64,000 bases of DNA. Source: Raillietiella orientalis. Lineage: Eukaryota. Under the pieces are notes generated by a model. The model did no database searches. It was not told where the DNA came from and worked only from the letters and a program-made list of their open reading frames with translations. The position numbers were made by a program, and so were the translations under genes. The stretch lies in the NCBI GenBank assembly GCA_036172245.1, contig JAYWIR010000003.1:2666001-2730000 (forward strand), read 5' to 3'. Shown here one piece after another: positions 23,681 to 35,599 of the stretch (position 1 is its first letter; each line of letters begins with the position of its first letter).

Positions 23681-25424
23681 CCCGACGTATCCGGGGGTAT
23701 CCTCGCGTCCTGCTCATTCATCGCACGCGGAAGCCGTGCGCGCGAGAGTTTCCGGAACCCTCCCGGGCGCCCCGCTCCTTCCGCGGGAAAGGGGGAGCGT
23801 CTTCCGAGGGAGAGAGATCGAAAGGCCACGGGAACCGTCGCCCGAAGCGGAGCCCCACGGGTTTCCCCGGGGTTCCGGGATCGAAAGGGACGAGAAGGGA
23901 TTCGGTTCCTCCCCCTCCCTTCCACTCTTCCCCCGGTTCGGCGAACCCGTCGCGTAGGTCCGAGCTCCTGCGCGCTGGCGATGCTTCTGCGGGGCCGGAC
24001 GGGAGCGAAAATCGGATTCCGGGACGCTTATCTCAAGGAAACGTCTTCGCTAAGCAGAGGGTAATTGCCTATTCCATTCCCATTAAAAGTGGGTGCGAAT
24101 CCTTGCGCTCCCGTCGGCAGATACGTTCCCTTGTGAGCGCGAGTCGTAAACGAGCTTTACGAGGACATGGCAGGCGCACTAATTGACCGTGGAGCAGGCG
24201 GATGTCGAAAGCATTCGCTGCTCGAGATGCACTCTGCTTGCGAGGGTTCGCCCCCGGTGCATTCGCGTTCCGCGTCCCAGGCGGGCGCGTTCTCCGCAGC
24301 CTCCTCTCCCTTGGGACTCCGCGGAGCACCGCAACTCGTTTCGGGACGTGCGCGCCACTCCGAGTTCGCCGGGAACGCGCCCCGCGCCCGCGAACCAGCG
24401 AGAGCGAAATCTCGCGATGCGGTTGGCGAGCCGTCGCCCAGAGCGCAGCGACCGAGCCGCGGACAGCCCGGCTTGGCCAGAGTGGGCGCCACGTGAGCTC
24501 GAGGTCCGCCGCCGTCCAGGAAAGGAAAAGGAGGAGGAGCAGAACCGCTCGCGCGCCATCGCGAGCTCTCGGCGTGCAGAGATCCGCCGCGCAAGAGGTC
24601 GGACGATCGCAGGCCCCCGAGGCGCGGCCGGAGCTGCGCAAGAACTTGCGAGGGGTGAAATGGGGAACCCACGAGTCCTCGGGGCGGTGCGCGTCTCACC
24701 GCCGATGCAGGAAGCAGGGTCACCCCAACGCGACGAAAAAACGTCGTGGCGCCGTCGATCCGTAGGAGGCAATCTGTTATAGAAATTGGCGCCCGTCTGT
24801 CTTGACAACCTCGTTTGTTCAGGAGCCAGCCGACAGCATTTCTCAAAGCTTCTATGCGTATGGCATTTGCTAGGAAAACTCCGCAAGAACGGCTCCGCCG
24901 CTTGCGCCTTTCCGTTCTCCCCGGAGCAAAGACTGATTCACTGTTTCTGCTCACGCGAGGTGCTCACGCGAGAGCCCAGAAGTGATGCTCAGTTTCCCAT
25001 CCCACACGAAGGGATCCTGTGCTAGCTCAGAGCTGCCTCCGAGGCAAGGACCCCTGAAAGATGGAGAAGGATCAACGATCCCTGGAGCGCAAATCGTTTT
25101 TCTTTTTTTTTTTTTTTTTTCGCACCGTTTTTTTTTTTTTTCTGTATGTAAAAGAAGAAAGTGGAACCAGTGCCTGGAGGCAGACGAAAGTCTCATCTGT
25201 ATCATACTCTTGCGGAAACCTCTATCATTGCGGAAACGGTCCAGGCACCACTGGAGCGTGCTGTTGTTGGCAATTAGGCACACCGCTGGAACCGATTCCG
25301 AAGGAGCGTCGGTAGAAGGCAACGTGGCATGCAATGAGGTGTCCATGCATGTCTCGTGCATAACATGAGATGCATGGAAACAGTTCCTGAGCGTGCAGTT
25401 CCTATTCTCAGACTACACATGCAT

Positions 25425-25460
25425 ACACACACACACACACACACATACACAAAAAAAAAA
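25425..25460. repeat. (AC)n microsatellite followed by poly-A
   Basis: Direct reading. Confidence 0.9.
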
Positions 25461-28038
25461 GAAAAAACAACCGGAAAGATCATTTCTGCGGGATTAACGA
25501 TCAAGAAGGAAGCCTCTTTAGATATGGAGGAAAGATGCGGGACTGACAGGGGTCTCTCTCGGGTGCGAAGCAACCACCTGGCAGCTGAGCATCCCACTGC
25601 GTGATGCTGACGGTTGTTTCTTACTTTCCTGAAGAGCATCACGGAATTTATTGCTCCTCTGCTTTTCTTTTGAGCTTGCTGTCGTTCCATCTTCAGCACA
25701 CCTTTCTATTGAGGAGTGTGTCACAGCATCCAGCAGAGCGGCATCTTCTTAATTGAGAAAGGGAACTCAGGAGGTGCTACTTTAGTCGAGGAATTCGAGT
25801 CTTCCTTCACGCGCCGGCGACAACGCCAACCCGCAGCAAAAGCAAGAAGAGTTGTGGACAGCGGGTAGATCGCAGTCTCGACAAACACCAGCATCTCTTC
25901 GAGATGCATCTTTCACTGATCCCGCTGTTCAGAAATCGTGACTCGCGGAAGGAGTGCTTATTGGTTTAGTGGCGAAATCTTTTGATAGATTGCTCTCGCC
26001 CGAACGACAGACCGCTCTAGATACACTCCCGCGTTGGGGACCGAGTGGTTGCAGCCTACGCGCGTGGCACCAAGCGTTGTGGGTTCGAATCCCTACGTTG
26101 AGAGGATGGAATCCGAGAGATGGGTGCATCGTGAGTTGCCAGCCACCACGCAGGATGACGCTGGTTGGCCTGCAGGCTTCGGGTGTGGCACTGGCGGAAG
26201 CTGGGAACCCATGGATGCTTCGTCAAGTGGCTGGGATTTCGAAGTTGACCCTCCGAGGTCTCCCCAGGAATCAAGGAGCTGGTTTTTCCACTCGGTTGCG
26301 GGTATGAATCCGTCGGAGCGATCTTCCATTGAGCACCACGGAGCTGGTTGATACCCTCCTGAGGGGATTACTTCACCAGAGGGCATCTCAGAGTAATTCG
26401 GAAGCGTCCCTTCGGTATTCTCTTCAGAAGAGTAAACAGGAGCGGGTTCTCTCCAGAGAAGAAATCCCAGAAGCCGATCCTTTTCAGGTTCCCTGCGAGT
26501 TCCCCTCTCAACCGTAAAAAGACTCCTTCCTCCGGAGCATTCCTGGATTTGTAGGGCGGAACGCTGCCGGGTTGCCTTCTAGCTTGAAGAGTCAATACGC
26601 ACCCTCGGGCAGCGTCGACAGCGTTAAAAAACTTCGTGAGCCTCTAGGCGAACAGTTCTTGAGTACTTAGCGAACTGAAAGGACCGAACTGATCGCATAC
26701 GGAGGAAACTGAGAGAATAGAAGACGGATCCTGGAATATCGGAATTGGGCAGGTCGATCCGTTGCGATGTGAAGTCCCTAAACACAGGCAAATGTTCTTT
26801 CCGTGAGTATCACCCCCCCACGAAAGCTGGGAAGATGCACTGCCAAACCTCTAAGACGCCCGTCGCCAAGGCAAGACCTTTGTTAGTTCGGGGGGGCTTC
26901 TGCCTACCGCCAGCCCTGCAAATCGCTCTCAGCAAAACATGGGGAGGGAAGGGAACGACTCCAGGGTGCTGTCGAGAGGGTACAGCGGGAGGCTTTCAAA
27001 CGCTCGCGAAGATGTGATCTTCCTTCAGGAAAATCGAGGGAAGGCAAAGATGTCCGTTCTCATTGCCTAAATTTGAGTTGCTGTATTTCGATCGAACCGG
27101 CAGCTTGCTCTGTTTGCGCTCCCGAAAATCCTTGTCTCTCAAGAAATGACGGCCAGTGTCAAAACCGGGAGTTTCTGAGACGAAGGCCATGTTTCCCAAT
27201 CATCCTCCCATCACGGCAGGTAAACGTTGTGTTTTTGCAAAGTACATGGAAAACCCTGTCAGGGGCTGGCAGTGGAGACCCAGATCTCGCGGAAGAGTTG
27301 ATGCTCAAGAAGGTCTCTACCACCTTCCACCTGGGGCTTGGATTCCGCCTGGGGAGTAGGTCCGAAGGTCCTCGAGCGGAAAGAGCGGTGAACTCGCAGC
27401 TGGGAGTCAGGGAAGACCCGGGAAAGCAAGGGTTCGAAACCAGCTGCGCGGACGGCCACCACGCCGAGGGAAAATGGCCACCACCGAACCTTTGCGTAGG
27501 AAAACTCGCGCTCCAGACGGAAACTGCGGCTCGCCCCAGAGCGGATGCCGGGGGGCGGGTGAGGTGGGAATCGCGGATGCCTCTTGGTGGTGACTTCATG
27601 ATCGATTGCGCTTGGTTTGTTCCCGGGAAGCAAATGGCCGAGCGAATGGGTTGCTTTGATTTTTATGGTCGGCAAGCGCACCTCCCGCTTAATTCGCAGG
27701 AAGCAGCATCCTCTCAAAATCCTGCTGCCCATCGTAATTGAAGGCAGGTCAATTTCTCCAAATTTCTCATTATCCGTTGAATTACGCCAATCTGAAGTCC
27801 ACTCAAATCGCAGGTCGTCGGAAGGTGAACTTTGGGAAGCGAACCGCGGATGCAGTCGCGTTAGCATCATCGCGGTCCAGCGGAGTTGCACTTTGGTGTT
27901 CTCTTCATTAAGGTTTCTGCCTCAAGTGTTTTGCGAGCAGCGCTGGCGCTCCGATTATTATCATTTTTTTTTCTCTGCAACTTTTTCCGGTTTTCCTTTC
28001 GAATCAGCGTGACGAAATCTCGCAGCCAAGCAGCCGAC

Positions 28039-28091
28039 GTGTCACGCGTGTTTAGCCATCACCGTTCTAGATGGCTAAACACGGGTGACAC
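28039..28091. repeat. 22-bp inverted repeat (21/22 matched) with 9-nt loop
   Basis: GTGTCACGCGTGTTTAGCCATC (28039-28060), loop ACCGTTCTA, GATGGCTAAACACGGGTGACAC (28070-28091); one mismatch. Confidence 0.95.
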
Positions 28092-29199
28092 TTAGGTTGC
28101 TGATGAGGAAGCGGGAAATGTCTTGGATTTTATCGAGCAGAGGACGACGAGCGAGGAAGAAACGACCGCGCATCCTTGCAGCCAATAAAGCCTTTAGCCT
28201 CTTGTAGAGCGCGCGCGCTATCGAAGACTCATCATTCTACGGGGAGGAGAGAGCACATCATCCTGGTGACCAAGCCAACGTGCAGCTTCGTGCAGATTCC
28301 TGGACGATGTGATGTTCCTTGTTTTCGACAGGGAGCTTCCTGTCTGAGCTAGGATGGAAGACCTCTTACACTCCGTTAAGTACACTACTAGGAACACATT
28401 CTTGATTTACAGTGTGCGCGTGAGGACTCTTTTTAACGGGAGCAGCAAGAGGGTCCTCGTGGCGAGGCGACTCAAGCCTTCATCTGGAAGGCATCTTGTT
28501 GGTTACCTGGGACACTGCAGTGGGATGCTCGTCTCGGTCCGTCCGCGGACTCTTAAGACCGCTTGAAATTCCTCTTCGAGACGGTCCCCGGATCAAGTCC
28601 GCGGCGACTCCCCGCGGACTCCAAACCACCCATCCGACGCGTCCATCCCCTTCTATTCGGGAACGAGCATCCAGTCGGCTGGTGAGCGAGGCGAGCCCTA
28701 GCTCCACGAAGATCTCCGGAATGGATTCCCGCTTATCTGGAGCCCGTAATGGAGTGTGTGGTTCGCCCACTCGTGCACCCGCGAGACACACTCGGCGCAC
28801 CGCGCGCGTCCCTACGATTTCGCGATGACCCGAGTTTTCCGATGCATCCCGAATCATCCCGCCGTTTCGAACGCTGAGCGCAACTAAGATGGGGGAGGAA
28901 GGGGAGGTAGAATAGCCTTCTCTTCCTTCGGTTGGACTCCCAGCCAATACTCTCTCTTTCAGAGAGCACAGTTAATCGCGTTCAGAGCTCCATAAATTAA
29001 GTCTGCAGCAGCTTTCTCGTCTTGCGCGTACGAGGGATAATCTTGCTGCCGCTTCACCTGCCGACCATTTCTGACGGTTAAAGAGGAGAAAAAAAAAAAG
29101 GAAAAAAGAAAAAGAAAAGAGAGCGAGCAGAAATGGGGAAATGCATTCGCCGCACGCATGCTGCCGCCGTCGGTTCCTGAATCCCGTGAGGAACAACAG

Positions 29200-32100
29200 C
29201 GTGGAAGACGAGTCCCGCGCATATTTTTTGTGTGTTTGACATTCCGGTTTAGAGAGAAAGCGTGTTCGCGAGATTCCTGCAGCCGCAAGATTTTCATTGC
29301 CATGCGTTACGGGTGCAGGGAAATTTGCAGCAGGCGGACGACGAAAGGGGGAGCGCTGTCTCCGGAAGGATTCGCGCCTTGCTGAGAGCCGAGGAGACGA
29401 AATTTTTAAACCTTCCTCCCTCTCCGAAACGCGGGAGACATCGTTTCGCACATTGCATCTGGATGAGGGAGGAGAGGGTCGCTCCATTGTTCGTTGGCGT
29501 TTTGCGTTCGCCTCCCGCCAGGCCACCAGACAGCGTCTTTCTCCCGCAGTGGTCCATGAGCGGAATGAACCGACTGCTTCCGCTCGGAGAGCGAAGAAAT
29601 TCCCCTTGGCTCCCAGGGATTGCCTGCCCGTGCGTGCGCTTGCCCTAGCGGCTAGGAGGAGCTGGGATCATCGCAGTAGAGCGCAGGGGAATGGGAACGC
29701 GGCAAATCGCCTCCAAAGCATCCAGTGGCTGGAGAATCCCCAGTTTTAAAGGAAGGGGTAGAAGGAGGGGGTAACGCTCGAAATCACCCTCGCGCCATAT
29801 CGGAAAGCCTCGCTCCGTGCGCGAAGCACGGTGAAGCGCTCGGATGCGGAGGACAGATGAGTTCGGTGATCGAGGAAGTTGACTTGTCAGCTGGAGGGGT
29901 GGCTGAGTGGTGCGACGGTGCTTCGAAAAAAAGTTCCTCTCTTTCGAAAAAAGAGAGGAACTTTTTCTCTTCTCGGAGCGCTATCATTGCTTATTGCTAT
30001 TGCTATTATTATTACTGTATTGATCGGAGCAGCGCTGCCACCTATCGGGCGTTCCGCTCAGGTTTTCCCTTATACGAAAGCCGGCTGCACTCAAAACGGA
30101 CTTCGTCCACGTGCTTTTTGCGCGGACACCGGCCTCCCCCTTAACGGCAAAAGTCTTTCGCTGTTTGTCAAGGTGCAGCAGCTACCTCAGACGGGTCACC
30201 GAGCGGCCGTCCGAAATGCGCACTCGGTGCACTGGTGTCCAGGTGCTCACCTCGGCGCCATCCCCTCCCCCTCCTGAGTCGACTCATCTTCCTCCCCGAG
30301 ACTGTCCGAGTGCTCCGACGCAATCAACCCGCAGGTTGGGTTTCACTGAAACCCAATGCAGCAGAAGAGCAGCGCCCAGGGCTTGCGTGGACCTCGCTGC
30401 AGCTTCCGAAGGAGGGCAGTTCCATCGCTGCTAGGGAAAATCCAGCAAGCGATGCTCCTGTGCTCCCTACGACCTCTCGCCCTCCTCTCCTTCTCCCTTC
30501 CAGACGCGGGGATCCGAAAAGCCCGTTCCCGAAGGACAGGGCGCCCATCTTTTCCGCGGAGCCGATAAGATCGATTCCCATTGGAAGCCGAGGGTTCGGG
30601 CGCCTGGAAAGTTTCAGCGCCCCTCGCCACGCCGCTTCCATCTCGCCGCCCCAATGACCTCGCTCGTGCATCTGCCCATATCCGAGCTTCCCTGCGGACA
30701 GGCGCTCTCTCCGCAGGCCCTTTCCCTGGAACCCGTACCAGACTTGGTTTTCGACGGCGGGGCTCACCGTGCTGACAAGCTAGGATTTCCCCTTGTGAGA
30801 GCGTCAGCAGGCTGCCTCGTTGCTGCGCGCCTCCAAGGAAGTCTCAGTCTCCCCGACCGCGTGCTTCACCCTCGCCACGAGGCTGCGCCATTTGTGCTTT
30901 CCCTTCTTTCTTTGACTTGAGGTGTTCCTTATCCACAAACGGATGGATGTGGGTTAGGATGTCGCGGGTGTATCGGAGGCAGCTCGAAAGCATCATTCCA
31001 CTTCTCGAACTTCCTCTCCTTTACTTTTCTCGAAGTTCTTCCTCTCTCTTCTTCTTGAGCAGATGATCTCAAACCGGATTTCATTTTCAGTTCCCTGACT
31101 CAGCTGAAGGGAACCTGGAAGGTATCCTCTCGTCTGCTTATCTATCCTCTTCTTTTGCATGGCACTCGAACCGGCAACTCGCCTCGAGGACATCTTTCAC
31201 TTCCAGCCTACTCGAAAGATTCGGATCGATTTCCATGCCATCCTCCTCTTCGTCATGTGCTAAAGGAACGAAATCTACGGGATGCGACGATGCGGCCATA
31301 TGGCTGCAAGAAGGGAGGCAGGGAACCTGCCTCTTCTTCACCCTCACCTCTAGAAAAACTTGGAACTTGCCCCCGAGGTCACGAGCGCCTTCAGGAGGGA
31401 AAAGGAAAAAAAGATCGAAAATGAGAACAATGGGGAGCGGAGATCCACCGGCGGGACCACATGTGAGCACGCGGCCAGCTGCTCTGGGGGCAGCCGTACG
31501 TTGGTGGCGCCCGGAAATGCGGACTCGCGAAAGAAGTGTTTCGAATGCGAAGGGGAGGGCGCCTGGACGTGGAGCGGGGATGCTCCGATTGTGCGAACGG
31601 AGCGAGGCACGGGAGGTAACGGCTGTCCCCGCTCTTTCAATGCAGCGAGCTAGGAAGGTACGCGACAGGGAACCGGTCTATGCGCCCGTCATTGAAGCGG
31701 CGTCACCACGTGCTCTGGCACCACGCATGCGCACGAGCAAGCCTCGGGCTGAACCCGAAGTTCATTGGTGGAAGCCGACGAGGCATCAGAAACGGCTCAT
31801 CTGCACTTCGCTTTGTGACACGTTGGGAGGACGCAGAGAAAACGGCACACCGCATCTTACAGGAAACTGTAATGGACGGAGGGGGGCTGCTAAGAGCGCT
31901 GTTTCGCTTTTCTTAAGAGAAATTAGATCGCAGTCTTTTATTCTGCCTCCAATGCGGAAGACCTTTCAGGATGCGCTGGAGCAAATGCCATCGATTGTCT
32001 TTCTGCTTCCCGCTCATTGACCTGGGACCATCGAAAGACGGCCACTCGTCCGTGGACGGAGGTGCTGCGGAGTCAGCATCCGATGAAAGCGTGTTGAGAA

Positions 32101-33160
32101 CACGCGAACTCGTAGTGAGCAGTCCGGTTATGCTAATCCTCTCGGATGAACACACTTCCCAAAAAATCACTCCCATCATTTTTATCTCCCTGTGATCTCC
32201 ACACCCATCAACATGTACTGGAGATTACGAAAAATAACGTGCATGTATCCTCAAGCCGCCCTGTCCAGCTCTTGAGATGCTGAGACCGGTGGTGAAAACT
32301 CGTCAGAAAGCCAGAGCAGAGGACTGGTGCTTGAAGGATTCGACAAGTCTGCTGAGTTCCGTGACTGAGTATTCAGCAACTTTCTCAGTACCCCCAGCTT
32401 TCTCAGTATACCCCACTTTCTCAGTTCTCAGCTTCTTCGTGTTTCGGTTCCAAGCTTGCGGTCAGCTTTTCTCTCTCCCTCTCTCTCTTTTTTTGGGGGG
32501 GGAACACTATCCGGATTGGGAATTTTTCTTAATAATACGTGGATTCGCGTCCTTTTTGCTCCTGGAATCCCTCCGCCTCACAGAAAGCCAGCCAAAGGGA
32601 GAAACCCTTGCTGCAGGACGAACCTTCACTCGCTTGTCGCCCTCTATGCTGCCCACTCGTGCCCACCTATTTTGGCAGAAGCACGCCGTGTCTCGGCCCA
32701 TCGCCTTTCTAGAGTGCGACGCAGCATCTCCTGAGAGAAAGTTCACGGGGTGCTGTTAGCGAGCGTTTTTTCGGGTGGTCGTTTAGTTGTCCGTTTTTTC
32801 CTTCCACAGAAACTGTCCCCAGAAGCTCCAGATTAGTCTTGACCTTGAACGGAATCCCCCCTTTCCTGTTGCTTCCAACCACGTGATGGATTCGACGGAA
32901 AACTCTTTGAGCTTGTCACCTCCCTGTAGCGCGCCAACCGTAAAAATAGATCAGTGGATGAGCCGCCTCCACTAACGTGCATCCCCTTCCATCAGGGAAA
33001 TTCGCGTCACATGTGGACGGATTTTGAATCAGCGGAGCATGCTGTCCAAAGGATGAGAATTCGTGAGCTCACTGGTGATACCATCAACTTTTCCCTCACG
33101 AAGGCAATTTCTTGTTTGCGTCCCTACCTCTGCAGCTTGGTTGCTAACCTCATGTGTTTC
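29200..33160 (+). mobile_element. Degenerate Ty3/gypsy pol, nearly complete: PR-RT-RNaseH-integrase
   Basis: Protease: DSCS..FI (~29272, cf. DSGS). Pre-RT and RT: LGC..VDL..LSKKER (~29840-29960), NGKSLSLFVKVQQL (~30143), HPLP (~30259), AEEQRPGLAWTS (~30361), GQALSPQALSLEP (~30696). RNaseH: DSAEGNLEGILS (~31097, cf. DASxxGLGAVLS). Integrase: HHVLWHH..HWW..CDT (~31700-31820), IDLGPSKDGHSS (~32016), DWEFFL..FA (~32514), and a C-terminal-like stretch at ~33050-33160. Confidence 0.8.
32380..32431 (+). repeat. Short tandem repeat, 18-bp period, three copies of core CTTTCTCAGT
   Basis: Core starts at 32380, 32398 and 32416. Confidence 0.9.
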
Positions 33161-33259
33161 AGGTGGACACGAACAAGTGGATAGAAATAATTGATTTCCC
33201 TCCAAGCACAACAGGATCGGCGCAATTTGGAAGCACGAATTCTCTCTCATCCTTAATGA

Positions 33260-35450
33260 TTTCTGAAAAAAAATCTTCTTGCATTAGTCAGGGAGCAGAG
33301 GGTTCCTTGAGATTGAAAGTGCAGAGTCTGAAAAGCCTTTTCTTTCCTATGATCTGCCCCACGAAAATGAAGAAGAAGCAAAACCAGGTGTCTTTACGCT
33401 GTTGGCGCTCGGGCTTCTTGAACGGGCTCCTTCTCGTTTCCGGGAGAGCTGTCTAAGACATGCATCGAGAAACGTGAGCACGTTCGAATGGTGAAATGTC
33501 GCCCTCAGTCTCTTCAGTGTCGCCTGATGGTGCCTCAGGACACGAAAGCCCAGATCTTTCAAAATAGTCTCGCTTGGCGACGGGACTTGGGAGCACACAG
33601 CTTTTAAAGATCACTCTTATCTTGGCTTCGATTTTTCAATAGGACACTTATGGTCTCTGGAACACGTTCGCCGTTTGACTCCGCAGATTTCGAATGCCCT
33701 CTTTATGCACCTGTTTCAAGAGACGCTTGGCTTCACTTGAACTGAATTTATCTTCCTTTGTTCTTCTCGGATATCGTATAATCCCTTGATGAATTGGCGT
33801 TTCTTGCATGCAAGGAGCGATTTCAAGTGAACTTTTGTAATTCAATAAATGTATCTGGAGGGACATGGAATTCTCGCAAGTGTTTTGGCTGCAAGTGAAC
33901 CATGCTCAAGGTTCCGGGTAGTAGTATCACACGAAGATCTGCTCGTGGATTCAATGGAGCATACCTATTTTGATCGTTATCCCAGCTCTGTTTCTGGATC
34001 AATAATTTCTCTCCCAGCTTTGAGAGAACACTTTACGTGCGTGGACGTTTCCAAGATGGTGGAGTTCATCAAAGAAGCTGCGTGGTGAAAAAGAAAGGAG
34101 GGATTTATCAATCAGAACGCAGAACGTGGACTCGAATGGATCTGACACGACGGAAATCGAAGTCATTGAATCCTCATCCCAACTGCTTGTCCAAATCATT
34201 AGTCCTAATACAGACTTTACGTGCTGATCGCCTGAGCTCTTTTCGAGCTAGTAGGCTGGTTGACTATTACTTCAATCCAGCAGTAACGGAGAACCTTCAC
34301 TATTCGCCCTCGGAACTCCAAATTTCTCAACAGGAGCTGCATCTTAATGTGCATCGAACTGCTGCTCATTTGCAAGCACTGTGACCTTTGACTTATGCTG
34401 GTGAATACCTAAGATTAACCCATTGCGCAAAGTTCTCCTTGGTGCTACTTTGTACTGTGGTGGGTTCGTTCTTTGCACCGTTGTGTGGAGTATTTCAATG
34501 GAACACATCAGTTCGCTCTTGTAATCCTCTTCCAGAATGAAAACTAGCGGCTGCACGTGCACGAAAAAGGGAACAAAACACTCCAACACGGCGGATAGCA
34601 GCACTCTTAGCATATCCCGAAAAAACGGTTGTTCCCTTTTGTCGATCCTGCTCATAGTTTAAAAAACCTTTTGGCTTCTAGCCATTTGCTCGAACAGTCC
34701 ACATGCCAAGAAACGTTGTTAATCGATATGTAGATTACCAGGACTTCATATTTCAAGGGTAGCGTTTGTTTCTTCTGATTTAAGCATCCTTGATCACCAC
34801 ATACCTCAGATTCCTTCTCGTTGTGCATCCTCACTAGCTTAAGAAGGAATCGCTGGCTCTGTGATATCGCTGAAGCAGTTCTGGTGAGAGATTTCTTTGG
34901 TTTCACACGTTTCAATATCGAGTGCTCCATTGCATTCTTACACAGTGGTGTTCCAAGGGTAGCGCACTTTCACAGCTTACACAACTTACAATACAGATCT
35001 TCAGGTGTGTACGTTTCCAGGTTTCGACGCCGGTGGTTATGAGCGAAAGGAATGGACGAAGCGCGGAAGGGTTTCATATCACTCCTGCATCCCTTTGTAG
35101 ACGCCCAGTTAGCAGGCAGTGCCCTTTGAATTCTTCGGTTTTTTCCATATGTACTCAAGCGAACCACTGCTTCATTTTTCTGTTGAATTCATTGCCTTGA
35201 AGACTGACAGTCCTTGCTAACGGTGCAAGAAGCAGTCTTCAGAAAAGCGTCCCGTTAAACAAGGATGGATGGGCGCGTTTCCTATTGCACTCTGGGAAGC
35301 GGAACAGGGCACACCCTGGAATTTGCGATGCAATCCCAAATGGAGTTCTTCGGCTTGCTCTTTGCGAAAAACCTCAGGTTCTCCCCGATGGAATGTGGAC
35401 GTGTCGTTTCCCATAGCCGATTCATGAACTCGCAGAAGAAAAACTTTCAG
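33260..35450 (-). mobile_element. Degenerate CR1-group LINE RT and 3' region
   Basis: Minus strand, in order: KEQAEEL..FQGV, LQRDAGVI*NP..SL, TGVETWKR, LCKNAMEH, ISQSQ, PVEKFGVPR..SPLLL (GVPQG region, ~34300), LIDKSLLSFS, GITI, LLNYKS, LKQVHK, ILKDLGF, GFSDSA..LPD. Confidence 0.75.
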
Positions 35451-35599
35451 TGTCCATCGGGAAGCAATGACTGTCTTGAACGGCTCCCAAGTTAAATACC
35501 TTCTTAATAACAAAATGGCCGAATTTTCTGGAGCCGTCCGATTCTCATGAAATATTTACCCGATTCCTTGTTTTCTTCCTTTCATTCTGATATGCCTTG

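Larger units (their letters stand above)
24800..28650 (+). mobile_element. Degenerate I-clade-like LINE ORF2: RT, RNaseH and C-terminal zinc finger
   Basis: SAWRQTKV (~25169), LGTPLEPIPKER (~25274), KECLLV/VAKSFDRL (~25950-25990), AGWPAG (~26160, cf. GVPQG), TLLRGL..LRYSLQKSK (~26350-26440), FL/GAFLD (~26527), ANSS* (cf. SxxSWG), RILEY (~26725), possible RNaseH CADG and NSQEA (27445-27705), PLEIPLRDGPR (~28559, cf. TxEHILxxCP). About 0.5 kb of extra sequence lies at 25400-25870. Confidence 0.75.
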
